Source: Ancylonema sp.
Lineage: Eukaryota
Assembly (NCBI GenBank): GCA_050230475.1
Contig: JBFLGF010000002.1
Coordinates: 62,001-126,000 of the forward strand
Reading direction: 5' to 3'
DNA length: 64,000 nucleotides
Below, one piece after another: positions 35,989-49,430 of the stretch (its first letter is position 1; each line of letters opens with the position of its first letter). The notes beneath the pieces were generated by a model. It was given only the letters and a program-made list of their open reading frames with translations. It made no database searches and had not been told where the DNA came from. Both the position numbers and the translations under genes were made by a program.

Positions 35989-38158
35989 TAAATTATCCGC
36001 CATGAAAAACTTAGATCGGCAATGTCATTAGACGGCAAGACGGCTGGAGATGTTGTGTGGCAGCCGTGCATGATATCGTAGTATTTTGGGTGCCGGGATT
36101 TGGAGAATACTTGGCTAGAAATCGATTAGCAAGTACGTTTGACGGCAGGCTAGATTTTTGGCGCCGTAAAACGATCGTAGGGAGCCAGGAAGCAAGAAAA
36201 TATACAACACTGTAATCTTTGTGCACACAGATCTCATTCGAGATCTGAACACCTCGGAAACCGTTGTCAAAATTACTTTGCAACCCATTTTCTGTAATCT
36301 GATCGCGGTTCGGCTGGTATTGTTAACATATGTGAATTCCTTGCATTTGAGTGTGATTATCTTTTCCCTTTCCAATCGTCAGTATTTGGCATTGTACGAA
36401 AACATTCAAGTTTCAACCACTATACGTTTAGACCAAAGGCATTACCTTGCCTTAGGTAGTTTAGAAAATATTATTTGGTGTACATTAGACAATGTTATCC
36501 CACATAGACATATGGCGGATCTCGACTAGATCATAATATATACACGTGTGCTCGATGGTGTACATAAGTCAATGTTATTCCACACATGCATGTGGCACAT
36601 GTCGACTATATCATAATATATTCATGTGTGCTCGACCATGTAGGAAGCTAGAAAGTGTTTCGCAAGTGTGAGGAAACGGCAAAGTTTTTTTTAAAAATGT
36701 TATGACACGTGCAAGTATGGCACGATGCTAGGTGGCACGATGCTAGGTGGCACGACATGACTATTGCCCGACATCGACTGTACATTACTGACAGGTGCGC
36801 GCGCGTGCGACATCATGCACCGCCGCCTACGGATCCGTCGGGATTACCGTAATTCCCTACGGCATTCGCAAACCCGCTATGTCGCGAAACTTTTTGTGCC
36901 ACATTACACCTACACCTACACCTACACACTACGCCTGCACCGGTCCTTGATTGCGACCGGCGGCGCAACTACCATATATGCAAACGATCATACATGGACC
37001 GACATTAGCTATCTGAAATAGAAATAAGCGATTTAGATTCTATGGTGAGCTCCTAAGAACTCGGGCATGGGTGGCTTGCGATCTCCGCGAGTCTGCGCAA
37101 TCACGTGGTCAGCCATAGGTTGAGAGGCCGGCAAAAACTTCTGGATCAAGATGGCTCTGGTGAGACCAGCTGGCCGATGGACAGGCGGACAGTGAGTCTA
37201 AAAGCCAAAAGTGTTTGGTGCTCGGGATCAGTTCTACGTTTTTGTAGCATTAATATTTGATGGTTGCGTGCCTGGGATGTCAAAAAAATCCTTTTTTGGG
37301 CCAGATTTCCAAGCCTTCAAATTTTATATCTAAGCCTTACTTGGACAATTAGTTACCCTTAATAAATTTGTTACCCGTAATAGCCCCCAATAACCTCAGA
37401 CATGTCAACTGACCAAAGGGAAATACATGTTTAAAAACCAGAGGGATTATATTCTACATTCTCTCTCCCTCTTCTCTATTCTCTATATTCTCTGGCTAAG
37501 GCTTTCTAAGGCTTTCAAAAGATAGATTTTCAAACTAAGGTTATTGAAGAAAAAGGTATTATTATTTATTAAGGTTCTAACTAAGCCAAGTTGGGTCCGT
37601 TATCGTGGCCATATTAGCATATCTGGTTCAAGATCTTGGTTTCGTTGGCCAACACAGTGCAGAGCCTTCGATGCCAGGTGGCAGTTTCGTTGTCCTTTGA
37701 CGCGGTTCATGCAAAAGTTTTTTCATCACAGGTTGTCTTTCCGCTGGCCACAGAGATCCTTACCGAGGCCTTGCTGACACGTGAAACACAATCAAATCTG
37801 CATGAAGCATACTGACCGACCATTGCCGATCATTCGTCGATCATTGCCGTGCCAAAACTCCTTTGCCAGTGGCAAGATACCAAAAAGACCTCGCCTGGCG
37901 CCGGCAACTAGATACACAAGCATGCCCTTGCACACGAAAATGCATGTTACGACAATGCCTATGGATTTACAGCAAACAATCCACCTTGCCGACCCGCTGT
38001 GATCTGAAGCACAACGTGTCAACCTCGCACGTTGCAAAAAATTCGCACGCATAATCATAATCATAATCATAATCATAATCATAATCATAATCATAATCAC
38101 GGCTGTGATCAGAAAGCAGCAGACAGCGTTCAAGTATTTTATTTTTCCGAGCTGAACT

Positions 38159-39485
38159 ATGGATCTCCAGGGACCCGATACCGAAAATTCTTTCTATGGC
38201 AGTGCCGACCGAGATTTTGAGAGCACTAGCATTCACAGAGCTTTACAGCTACTGGTGTATCAGGGCTGGACTTACGCAATTTTATGGGCTATGGATCATG
38301 CAAACGGGTGTGTTATCATAATGCCATATTTTTTGGGCAATCTCGGAAGTCATAATGTAGTGTGGAATATGAGTTTATGCTGAAAAAGACGAATGCATCA
38401 CGTAAATACTGTCCCATTGATCTCTGATAACTTCCTATAGACTTCAAGTGCGGCAGGGGCCACTGTGTATGATAATTGATAAATGATACGACTTTTTTGA
38501 AGCTGCATCTGTCCCCTTCTTAGTTTCAATGAGTCGGCTGCATGTGAGTGATCATTTGGAATAATTATGTGAGTTGTGATTTAACTCATTCTTCTGTAAG
38601 TGGATAGACATCCGATGACTTTAATCACTTCCGTTACCACAGACGACGTCGACTCTCTGTAAAATCGTATAGCTGAATTAGTCTGCAACCCCTACACCCT
38701 TACAGGAGGTCCTGCGCTCCTTGCGTGCGCCTCCCTTCCCCCTCCCAGCTCTCTCGTCTGGACAGACGGCTTCTATAACGGGCCTCGAGGGCGGGCCACG
38801 GGGGCCCTTCTTCCCGACCACGAGCGCCAGTTGCTTGACTCGCGTGCTGTTGCGCTTTCAGAGCTTCAGGGCCACCTGGTGTCCAAAGGGGATTCCTTCC
38901 GCACGCAGCTGCTCGAGTCGGGTGGGGTAGAGCTCGCGAATTCGGAGTGGTTCTACCTCATCTCCATGTCTTGCGCCTTCGCCGCGGGCGTCGGGTGACC
39001 ATTTCTGCCATTCTGCCATATCTTCCATTGTGGCATTGTGGCATTCTGGAGGGCCATTCGGTTCTGTTCCGATACGTTGAGGGCTGAGGCGAGGGTGGGG
39101 GGAACCGGTGGGGCTCGAATGTCTGCAGTATTCCTGGACGGGTGCTGTCGCGAGGGAGGTGGGAATGGATCGAGCGTTTCGACGAAGCCACGCCGCAGCT
39201 ATGCATTCGTGCACGTGTGGCATCGGTGAGGGGGGCGAGACACTCGGGTGATGCACACGAAAAGAAGTAGATCTGCATTCATCTAAGCGCGCATTGTTTG
39301 GTGGGTGTTTCCACACGTCACAATTTCTGGGGATGACATCAGCTCGGTGGACTGAAGGTGAGTCAGCTCATCCAACATCCACCGCATCTTTCCTCTCCAT
39401 ATCGGCGATTAAAGCGCACATGCACCGATGTCTATTCCATATTTGTAGACTTCCTGACTTTGGGACTTTATGACTCATGCTCCCG
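38159..39485 (+). pseudogene. Truncated duplicate of the bHLH 5' exons (possibly an assembly artefact)
   Basis: Same exons 1-4 as 40599-41801, ending at the N. Confidence 0.6.
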
Positions 39486-39751
39486 NACTCACTAATTCTT
39501 CTTCGTGACTAATTCACCATGACAATGCTATACTGACGCATTGCATCGAGACAGACTATTCATTAAGAGCAATGAATAATCTACACTTGGAACGACCATC
39601 GCATCTCACAAACTACATGCGAGTGAATATGATACCATAGTAAGTATTCACGTTCCAATTAGCAAATAAGACAATATTTCATCGTGATTTTTTTTCAGCG
39701 ACATGGCAAACGAAGTTCACGACCTCTGAGAGCTAGATTTTGAGATTCCCT

Positions 39752-39885
39752 CGTTACAGGCACATTTGCCTCTGCCCCCCTGGCAAATGTGCCTGTAACG
39801 CGATTAACGTGTTTCTGACACAACCACGTTACAGGCATAAGATTTCGGTGTCCCAAGAGTGTGCCTGTAACGAGTATTTACTGTA
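39752..39885. mobile_element. Right end of a Tc1/mariner (pogo-like) MITE with subterminal hairpins
   Basis: Perfect 19-bp stem cgttacaggcacatttgcc / ggcaaatgtgcctgtaacg (39752-39800), a second 11-bp stem (39827-39872) and terminus ...gagtatttactg|ta. Confidence 0.55.
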
Positions 39886-40489
39886 TATTCCATGTTCTCT
39901 CTCTCTCTCTCTTCTCTATTCTCTATATTCTCTGGCTAAGGCTTTCTAAGGCTTTCAAAAGATAGATTTTCAAACTAAGGTTATTGAAGAAAAAGGTATT
40001 ATTATTTATTAAGGTTCTAACTAAGCCAAGTTGGGTCCGTTATCGTGGCCATATTAGCATATCTGGTTCAAGATCTTGGTTTCGTTGGCCAACACAGTGC
40101 AGAGCCTTCGATGCCAGGTGGCAGTTTCGTTGTCCTTTGACGCGGTTCATGCAAAAGTTTTTTCATCACAGGTTGTCTTTCCGCTGGCCACAGAGATCCT
40201 TACCGAGGCCTTGCTGACACGTGAAACACAATCAAATCTGCATGAAGCATACTGACCGACCATTGCCGATCATTCGTCGATCATTGCCGTGCCAAAACTC
40301 CTTTGCCAGTGGCAAGATACCAAAAAGACCTCGCCTGGCGCCGGCAACTAGATACACAAGCATGCCCTTGCACACGAAAATGCATGTTACGACAATGCCT
40401 ATGGATTTACAGCAAACAATCCACCTTGCCGACCCGCTGTGATCTGAAGCACAACGTGTCAACCTCGCACGTTGCAAAAAATTCGCACG

Positions 40490-40538
40490 CATAATCATAA
40501 TCATAATCATAATCATAATCATAATCATAATCATAATC
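40490..40538 (+). repeat. (CATAAT)n microsatellite just upstream of the bHLH ATG (also at 38050-38098)
   Basis: About 8 tandem CATAAT units. Confidence 0.95.
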
Positions 40539-40598
40539 ACGGCTGTGATCAGAAAGCAGCAGACAGCGTTCAAGTATTTTATTTTTCCGAGCTGAACT

Positions 40599-43500
40599 AT
40601 GGATCTCCAGGGACCCGATACCGAAAATTCTTTCTATGGCAGTGCCGACCGAGATTTTGAGAGCACTAGCATTCACAGAGCTTTACAGCTACTGGTGTAT
40701 CAGGGCTGGACTTACGCAATTTTATGGGCTATGGATCATGCAAACGGGTGTGTTATCATAATGCCATATTTTTTGGGCAATCTCGGAAGTCATAATGTAG
40801 TGTGGAATATGAGTTTATGCTGAAAAAGACGAATGCATGCATCACGTAAATACTGTCCCATTGATCTCTGATAACTTCCTATAGACTTCAAGTGCGGCAG
40901 GGGCCACTGTGTATGATAATTGATAAATGATACGACTTTTTTGAAGCTGCATCTGTCCCCTTCTTAGTTTCAATGAGTCGGCTGCATGTGAGTGATCATT
41001 TGGAATAATTATGTGAGTTGTGATTTAACTCATTCTTCTGTAAGTGGATAGACATCCGATGACTTTAATCACTTCCGTTACCACAGACGACGTCGACTCT
41101 CTGTAAAATCGTATAGCTGAATTAGTCTGCAACCCCTACACCCTTACAGGAGGTCCTGCGCTCCTTGCGTGCGCCTCCCTTCCCCCTCCCAGCTCTCTCG
41201 TCTGGACAGACGGCTTCTATAACGGGCCTCGAGGGCGGGCCACGGGGGCCCTTCTTCCCGACCACGAGCGCCAGTTGCTTGACTCGCGTGCTGTTGCGCT
41301 TTCAGAGCTTCAGGGCCACCTGGTGTCCAAAGGGGATTCCTTCCGCACGCAGCTGCTCGAGTCGGGTGGGGTAGAGCTCGCGAATTCGGAGTGGTTCTAC
41401 CTCATCTCCATGTCTTGCGCCTTCGCCGCGGGCGTCGGGTGACCATTTCTGCCATTCTGCCATATCTTCCATTGTGGCATTGTGGCATTCTGGAGGGCCA
41501 TTCGGTTCTGTTCCGATACGTTGAGGGCTGAGGCGAGGGTGGGGGGAACCGGTGGGGCTCGAATGTCTGCAGTATTCCTGGACGGGTGCTGTCGCGAGGG
41601 AGGTGGGAATGGATCGAGCGTTTCGACGAAGCCACGCCGCAGCTATGCATTCGTGCACGTGTGGCATCGGTGAGGGGGGCGAGACACTCGGGTGATGCAC
41701 ACGAAAAGAAGTAGATCTGCATTCATCTAAGCGCGCATTGTTTGGTGGGTGTTTCCACACGTCACAATTTCTGGGGATGACATCAGCTCGGTGGACTGAA
41801 GGTGAGTCAGCTCATCCAACATCCACCGCATCTTTCCTCTCCATATCGGCGATTAAAGCGCACATGCACCGATGTCTATTCCATATTTGTAGACTTCCTG
41901 ACTTTGGGACTTTATGACTCATGCTCCCGTTCCGCTCTCCCCTCGCTTCCAGACCCTTGTGGCTGTTCCTGTTCCAGGGGGGGTGGTCGAGCTGGCGTCC
42001 GTCCAATCAGTGAGTGCCTTCCATTCCCGCCGCACTCTGTTTCCAATCGCATTAAATAACTCCTCCCCTTCCATTTTCGTCCTGTGCCAGGTGGCAGAGA
42101 CTGAGAGTGTAGTGCGGTTTGTGGAAACGTTGTGGGCTGCCCGAGCTGCGGAATCTGCCAAACCGCCCACCAGGCCCCAGCTGGAAGCAGCAGCCCTTCC
42201 CATCCCCCGGCGCATGCCCCTACAACACCTCGTCCCTCCACCCCTCGTCCCTGTGGACCCGAATTCTAAGCGCGTGTTCTGGGGCGATATGATGATTCAG
42301 CAGCAGCAGCAGCAGCAGAGGAGGGATAGCATGCCCCAGCCGCTTCCCTCTGCACGGATGGGGGGGGAAGAAGAGCTGTCGATCCAACTAGAAGCTGCCA
42401 AGCCTCTGCTGAGGGCTCTCTCTGCAGAGGCTGGTTTCCGCGCGCCTGCGCCCATCCTGCAGCCCCGCACCATGCCAGGCAAACGCCGGAAGAGGGGATG
42501 GGGAGACGATTCCCCCGTCTCACCCACCATGCCTTCCGTTCGCGATGAAGACCTTGCAGCCGACTTGCATCCGTGCTTGGGGCCTCCAACCGCCATCCGC
42601 ACCATCCTTACTCAAAAGCAGGAGATGGGGTTGGAGCCTCCCGAGGACCAGTGGAATGAGGTGCAGGATGGGGAAGGAGAGACTGGGGAGGGAGAGAGCA
42701 GCTGGGCGGAGCCGGAATGGGGCAGTCGGAAGGGGGGAAGAGGTGGAGGGGGGAGGGGGTTGGAGCCGATGAGTCACATCCTGACCGAACGGAAACGACG
42801 AGAAAAACTGAATGCTCAATTCTTGGCGCTCCGAGCTGTTGTGCCGAAAGTGACCAAGGTGGGTAGGTTTGGTAGGGGATGGGGGGGGTGTGAGATGAGT
42901 TGGGACTTGCAGCGTGTGCAGAACAGGGCATATGTACGGTCTCATGAAACTGTTGAAGTTGAAGGTGAAGGTGAAGGGGGTGTCTCGGGTGCTGAATGGG
43001 GATGGAGGCAGTAGCAAACTTGCGGGAGATGAGATGTATGTGTATGGATGAGGTGGGATGGGGTGGAAGTGGGGTGGGGGTGATGAGGGATATGGGTTCC
43101 GCGCAGATGGACAAGGCATCCGTGTTGAGCGACGCGGTGATGTACCTCAAGGAGCAGAAGCAGAAGATTGCAGAGCTGGAGGCCCAGGTCGGGGTGATGG
43201 CAAGAACAAGGTCGCAGGTAGGGGGGGGTCGTTTTGGACATGAAGGCCACTGCTGAGAGGTTGAGGCATGGGCTGGGGGGCTGTGCGGGTGACCAGGGTG
43301 TGGTGGTGGGAGGGATGGATGAGAGGACAGCAACAGCGACAGCGATTTCATCAGATGAGTGTTCGAGTGTAGAGGTGCGTGCGATCGAGCGCATGGTTGT
43401 CATCACGGTGCGCACGCAGCAGAGGGAGTGGCTCCAGATGGACATCTTTGGGGCGCTGCGAGAGTTGAAGCTGGAGCTGCAACACGCCAACATCTCCACC

Positions 43501-43732
43501 TTCGAACCATTCACGCTCACCGTCATGAGCACGCTGGTGACTGCTGCCTTCACCCCGTCACCCCTTCACCCATTCGCCCAATAGAGGGAGGGGTCGGACC
43601 TGATGATGTCAGCGGGGCTGTGGGTGGCAGATGCACCTCAACTGTACTGCGAGTGTGGAGGACATAGTGGCCACAATTCAGAAGGCAGTAGATGGGCTCC
43701 AAACCCCCCTCTACCGAGCAACGACTGTGTGA
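40599..43732 (+). CDS. bHLH transcription factor with bHLH-MYC_N, bHLH and ACT-like domains (subgroup IIIf/IIIde-like)
   Basis: Exons 40599-40747, 41193-41438, 41573-41669, 41787-41801, 41953-42009, 42091-42858, ~43108-43188, ~43297-43536, 43631-43732. Motifs LQLLV..GWTYAILW, LVWTDGFYNG, EWFYLISMS, GVVELAS, HILTERKRREKLNAQFLALRAVVPKVTK|MDKASVLSDAVMYLKE. Confidence 0.92.
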
Positions 43733-44762
43733 TAACCGCCTCCCTTTGGCTCCCAAGACAGGCAAACATGTGGCGGTGTTCAAGGCGATGGGGAAGCATC
43801 TTCCTTCAAACTGGTGGGAAGGGAATGGATGTTATAACCGAACCATTTTGCGGTGGAGGCTGTGTTTTTGGCAGTGGGATAGCCACTGTATGGCAGGCGT
43901 GATGAAACAGGGAAGGTCATATTCGACCCATGTACAAATGGCGGAGCACATCCCCTTTAAACTCCCTGGGCCTCTGGAGGAGTGGGTTTCCTCTTACCTC
44001 ATCATTTTCAACGGAGTAATTGGACGCCCCTCGAAGGACCACATGACACACTTGATTGATCTCCCTCTGAGCCACGTAGACGTAGGGCCAATGTGGGAAT
44101 CAACAGATTTGACATTCTTTGTGAGGAGGTCATTCAAATCTCCCTTTATCACGACCTAGTAGTTGTAGTGTGTGTCTTCTGTTCCGGCCACAAGTCGACA
44201 GTTTCTTTCTGTCGCAGCTATAGTTTCTTACCATCACTTTATCACCGGAACGATGTGCAATCGTTCAGAAAATTGAAATTTGATCTGCGACAGCTTTGAA
44301 GAAGAGTTGCATGTAGCAGTGGAGGAAGTTTGTATAAAAGTAAATGTGTGTAGCCAGGGTGTAATGCCATCACTTACATGGAAGGTCAGACTCATTTGAG
44401 GTAGTCTTACGAGGTGGGAAATCTCTAGCCGGAATATTTTACCAACGAATTCTAGCTGTAGGCGACCACCCATTGCGGGTTTTCTTTCTTGCCATGTACC
44501 TTAATGAGTGGTCTACCTGCTGCTGTAGTGGACGAGTTTATCAGGCAGGTGATGAAATACTAATCTATGCATCGTGTCTGAATCAGTGGTTCAAAAGTCG
44601 AACCACTGACTTTTCGTGATTTTTACGATATTAGATTTTGACCCCTAGTTAAAGCAGACCCTCACCAGGTTCTTCCTGCCAGGCTCTCTCGTTTTTGCTG
44701 CAGCTGGCTCGTCTGCTCACCATTCACACTTGGATGCAGTTGCCAATTCAGCACTTCTTCAT

Positions 44763-47700
44763 TTATTGTGTAGTCCAGGTGGCAACTGTCCTGTGGTTCA
44801 GACCGACAGTACCCCTTTGACGCCTCACAGGAAGAACTAAGTAAAGCACAACAAGTTTGACACCAAGTACAAGAGGTACAACACCATATACAAAAGATAC
44901 AATAACAAGTACAAAAGGTATAACACCATGTACAAAAGGTACAGCACCATCATATCCTATAACGCATACACCAGCGAGCACGAGCGAAATGAATATCAAA
45001 GAAGTGAGCAAACATAAGACTTCGCTCGTTTATTACAAGAGAGCCCCTACCCCTCCTTGGAAAGAACTATGAAAAAATAAATCCTCTTTTCCAGCACCAA
45101 ATCCAACAAACTTCTGAAAGGCATACACTGCATATACACAAATGTACAGCCACAGCATCCACATACACACCACCACGCTTGGGCCGACACTTCCCCATCC
45201 TCTCCCTTGCCAGGAGGAGCTAGCTGCCTTCCATTTTCTACGCAGTGAGTCGCACAAAGGAGTCGATGCGGCGGAAGGGCACGAATGGCGATGCCATTCG
45301 CACCTGCCCACTCACGCGGTTCTGGGGTCGAAACAACTTCCTGGCAACGCGCTGCACTTCCTCCGGAGTGACTGCAGCCAAAAACTGAGTCTCTTGCAGG
45401 AGCCCCTCCCAGGACCCTGCCTGAGCGCGGTACTGACACAGAAGCTTGGCCATACCGGCATCGTTGCCAAACATTTCCTGAAAAGGGAGGAGGGAGAGGG
45501 GGAGAGGGAGAGAGGGGGAGGGAGTTGGAGGTGTCAGTCTGGACCGTGACAGGGCGTGGGGCAAGAGGCAGACGCGTCTATCAGCTACACAGACGGATGT
45601 CAACAAGGCGTGCGCGCGAACGCAGACGCAGAGCAGTAGAATGGGCCACTCAAGATTCGCAGCCGTGATTTTTCATACACGGTTCACAAATCTGGGACAT
45701 GGCGAACGCGTGTGGAGGAGTTAGAAGGAGTCGAGGTTGGAGTGGAGGCAGTACCAGCAGGGAGGCCCGTGTGGCCTTCTGCACCGCCGCCACCTCGTCC
45801 ATACTCACTCCATTGGCAGCGATGTCCAACGCCTCTTGTGCCACTAGCGCCCCCACAGACTCGGGGGGGGATCCTGCGGGACAAGGAGTGTGAATATGTG
45901 ACTGGAGGTGAGAGTGCCGTGCAGGGCACCAGTGGTTGCGCCTTCTCGCACATGAGAAGCTCCGTCACCACTCTACTCTACACCAGCCCCCAACCACCGA
46001 CCAGATCCTTGTCTATCCCAAAAGCCATCCCAGCCCCCAGCCCTCCACCTGCAGCTGGGATGCCGTACAGCAGCATCAGATTCGGGTGCTTGTATCCCGG
46101 GAAACTGTCCACAGAGGTCGCAGACAGCACAGCGCCCGGCGCTATGAGCCTCTTATAGAACCGTGACCTCCGGCTCCCGCTCAAGATCGCGCTCAGCACC
46201 GAAATGGGCGGATCATCTGAGGAGGCTGCCCCAGGCCTGTAGTAGCCCTCCATGTAGAAAGGAGTAGCTTGCAGAGACATCTTGAGGGGAAGCGCCTTCC
46301 CTCTCTCCCCAACCTCCTCCCCTCCCCCCTCTGTGCGCCATCCGGGGGTCCCAGCCCCCCCCCCGACCCCCAGCAACCCCCCAGGGGAGCCCTCCCATCC
46401 TCCAAAGTATTTTAGAGCGAGTCTCTCGACTTGGTCCCGGGTGACGTCCCCCACCACCGCACACGTGAGAGAGGAGGGGCGGTAGCGCTGCCGGAAGAAG
46501 GCGTCCACTTCTTCACGCCCAATCCGTTCGAAGTCATCCGGGTAACCGATCACGGGGCGCCCGTAGGCGTGACCCGGGAAGGCGGTTTCAGTGAACGCCT
46601 CCGTGAAGCGACCGAGCGGAGCGTTGTCTACCCGCAACCGCCGCTCTTCCTTCACCACCTGCAAAAAAGAAATGCAGGACTTCAGCCCGAGTTTTGCCAT
46701 CCCTTCTGAATTCTGCCACCATGGGCAGCGCCCCACGTTCCGCCCCTCGTACCTCTTTCTCGGAATAGAGTTGGCGGAAAACTGGAGCCATGAAGCGGCC
46801 GCTCTCCAGAGCCATCCACAGCTCAAGTTTGTTGGCTGGGAGGGAGACAAAGTACTCTGCCGCCACACCAACCATCGCAGGTCGCCGAGTCAGGAGGGGC
46901 GGGAGGGGTAGCAGCAGCAGAGGGGGATGGGGCAGAACCGGTGGAATCTTGCGATGTCTGGGCGTTGAGGCCCACCCCTCCCTGACGCGACAGCAGGGCT
47001 CCATACTCATTGGGCACTGCTAGAGCGTCAGCTAGCTTCTGCAGCTCAGTCTGCAGTGCCACGTGTTCAATCGAGGGCAGGTCAGGACCAATCAGGGAAC
47101 AGTCCGGTGAGGCAGACTGGTGAGAGGCGAAGCAGAGTACAATAGTGGAGACCACCCACAATTTTTTGAGATAAGTTGTCGACTAGCCCTTGCTGGCCGG
47201 CATCTTGTGCATCCCTCCGAGCGTAAAACACTGTGGCCCAGCCATGGTCACCGCACAACATTTAGAGGAGCAGACAGTCATGCCACACGCAGGAGTCAAA
47301 AGGGAGAGAGAGGGAAGAGGGAGTCGAACCGCCACCATACATTCGTCTAGATCGTCGAGCAAGGAGGCTTCGACACCTGGTGCTCGAGTTCCAACTCTCG
47401 CAGTGCCCTTGAAGGCCAGGTGCTCCTGAGCAGTTGAGAGAGCAGTAGATCAGATGCGGAGTGGGATGTGAATTTGAATGAGCACACGAGTGAAAGATTG
47501 TATTCAGCGGGTTTCACAGAGGGAGCATGCATGGATTTGAGTTCACTGACCAGGAGGTGGGCAACGCCAGTTTGTCCATCCACCTCGTCAGCTGCGCCAT
47601 CGTCTGCATTCGTGTGGCATGCTACGATAGGCGCGTTGTGCCTCTCGGCCACAATCCACTGCATGCCATTGGGCACTTGGACGGTTGACACGCGACTTTT

Positions 47701-48183
47701 CAGGCCCCGGAGAGCTATATCCACTGCTCGGTCCCTTTCCTTTTCCTCTAAAGTAATTCGGGCTAAGCCGTCTGCTCGCGCTGGCACAGCGAAGGTTCCG
47801 TGACCTCCTCCGATTGCGACTGTTGTGGCCATGCAAAGCGAGGTAGAAAATTGTCTGCGCCCGAGGCTGGCGGAATTGGAAGTGGCAGGAGCTTCCTGTG
47901 TATGATTTTGGGTCGATGCCTCGCTATCACCATTTTCCGATAGTTCAGCTACGAATCTGTGAAGTAGTTCTTGTCTACGAAGATGCCGTTGAATTTTCCT
48001 TCTGCGGTGGTCCTTGTCGTTCGAGATTGGCGAGTGTCCAAGATTTGTGGCGGCCTTCAAGTTCACACATGCTGATCCACACCAGGGATGCCACAGAAGG
48101 AAAGGACGAGACTCAAAGGGTTCGCGACGGAAGGATTCTCGACGGAGAGTGACAGATGATGAGGAACAATGCAATCTGTCCAT
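44763..48183 (-). CDS. M16 (insulinase/pitrilysin family, bacterial M16B-like) zinc peptidase with transit peptide and Tat-like signal
   Basis: GVAHLL|EHLAFKGT (HxxEH split by an intron), GGVGLNAQTSQDST, LPANKLELWMALESGRF, VVKEERRLRVDN, HAYGRPVIG, LSGSRRSRFYKRL, VTPEEVQRVARKLFRPQNR|TVATWTTQ*. Confidence 0.9.
44858..44960. repeat. ~21-bp minisatellite (about 5 copies) in the last intron of the M16 gene
   Basis: acacca(a/t)gtacaa(a/g)aggtac-type units in tandem. Confidence 0.75.
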
Positions 48184-48580
48184 GCTTGCTCATAGGCTCG
48201 CAGCTATTTTTCGGTTGCTATCGCAATGCCCTGCGCATCTGTCCTCCCCACTGATATTTAGTTGGGACACCAAACATCAGCGGCTCGACAAGTGCTCTGT
48301 CGTATCGTATCGTGAGAGAGGTGGGCTTCGAGGCTTCGTTCGCCCGTGCATCTACAATCGTTGTGCTACTCAACTCAATTTGTGCTAACGTGCTAACGGG
48401 GGCGAATAGGTGGCACTTCACGAGGGCCTTGGGGAGGGTCCCCGTGACTTTTCACCAATCACGCAACAAGTTTTGGTCTTCACGCGTGTGAGTACAATGT
48501 AAGCGTGTACGTGTGGCCACGGCCCCACGCCGCACTGCCAGCGCTGACGGCACACGTCCAATTGCTTCCTCGCCCCACTT

Positions 48581-49430
48581 TGTTTCTTCCTAAGAATGTG
48601 CGTCCCCGAAAGTATACCCTGTTTCTCGATCCCAGTTTGGAGACCTTCGAGTTTCAAGGGAAAGTGACGATTGATCTGGACGTCATGGAAAGCTGCAGCG
48701 CCATTACCTTCCACGCTGACAGGCTCGAGATATACACTGTGAGTCACTCAACCGCATCGTATCGCCAACTGCCCAGGAAACCATCTGCAAGGCACTCAGT
48801 CATGTCAGAATACATTTTTTGGGGGTAAGATTCGTGTATGAGCCCGGTTTTTTTTTTGTTTGAATTTTGGAAATTATCTTCGTAGCACCAAAAAAATCGC
48901 AAAATTACCAATGCATGTCTGACAGTTGCCGTCCCAATATCGGGGGCACTCCTCACCAATTGGTGAAACCAAACAGCGATACCAATGACCACTTGTGTTC
49001 GATTTCCACGAAGTGTATTGAACGAGGAACTGATCAGTGCACACACTGTCGGTTGCATGCGTTTTCATAGGGCCACCTCTCTGAACACAACATTGCAAGA
49101 GTGACAAGCACATAAAATTTCTTGCTTCCCTCCCAGTTTTCTCTGTCATGTCACAAACTGAAGATGTGGTCTTCCCTACATTCCCCTGCCTATGAGCCCC
49201 CTCATACTGCTTCCATCTTTCAAACAAGAGTGCTAAACGGTATCACAACGCCTTCCTTTCCATCTCCCCCCACCAGGCCGAGCTCTTCCTCAATGGCACT
49301 CCCCTTCACTTGGGCTCCTCTACAGTTCCCCGGCTCGACCTGGATCCCCAAGCCCAGCGAGCCACCGTCAGCGTGGGCTCCTTTGTTCTGCACCCCGGTC
49401 CCCTGCAGATGGTGCTCACCTTCAAAGGCA
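48581..49430 (+). pseudogene. 5' fragment of the M1 aminopeptidase lacking its start codon
   Basis: [18 protein letters not shown]... exon and part of the next exon; ATG removed by the 240-bp deletion; truncated at the duplication junction. Confidence 0.8.

Larger units (their letters stand above)
37459..41929 (+). repeat. Near-identical ~2.0-kb duplication (37459-39485 and 39899-41929) across an N
   Basis: Identical ORFs at offset 2440/2444; one 4-bp indel (gaatgcatcac versus gaatgcatgcatcac); first copy ends exactly at the N at 39486. Confidence 0.95.

Noticed and set aside
37792..38236. ORFs with IMIMIM, DYDYDY or HNHNHN repeats (also ~40232-40676)
   Set aside because: Translations of the (CATAAT)n microsatellite.
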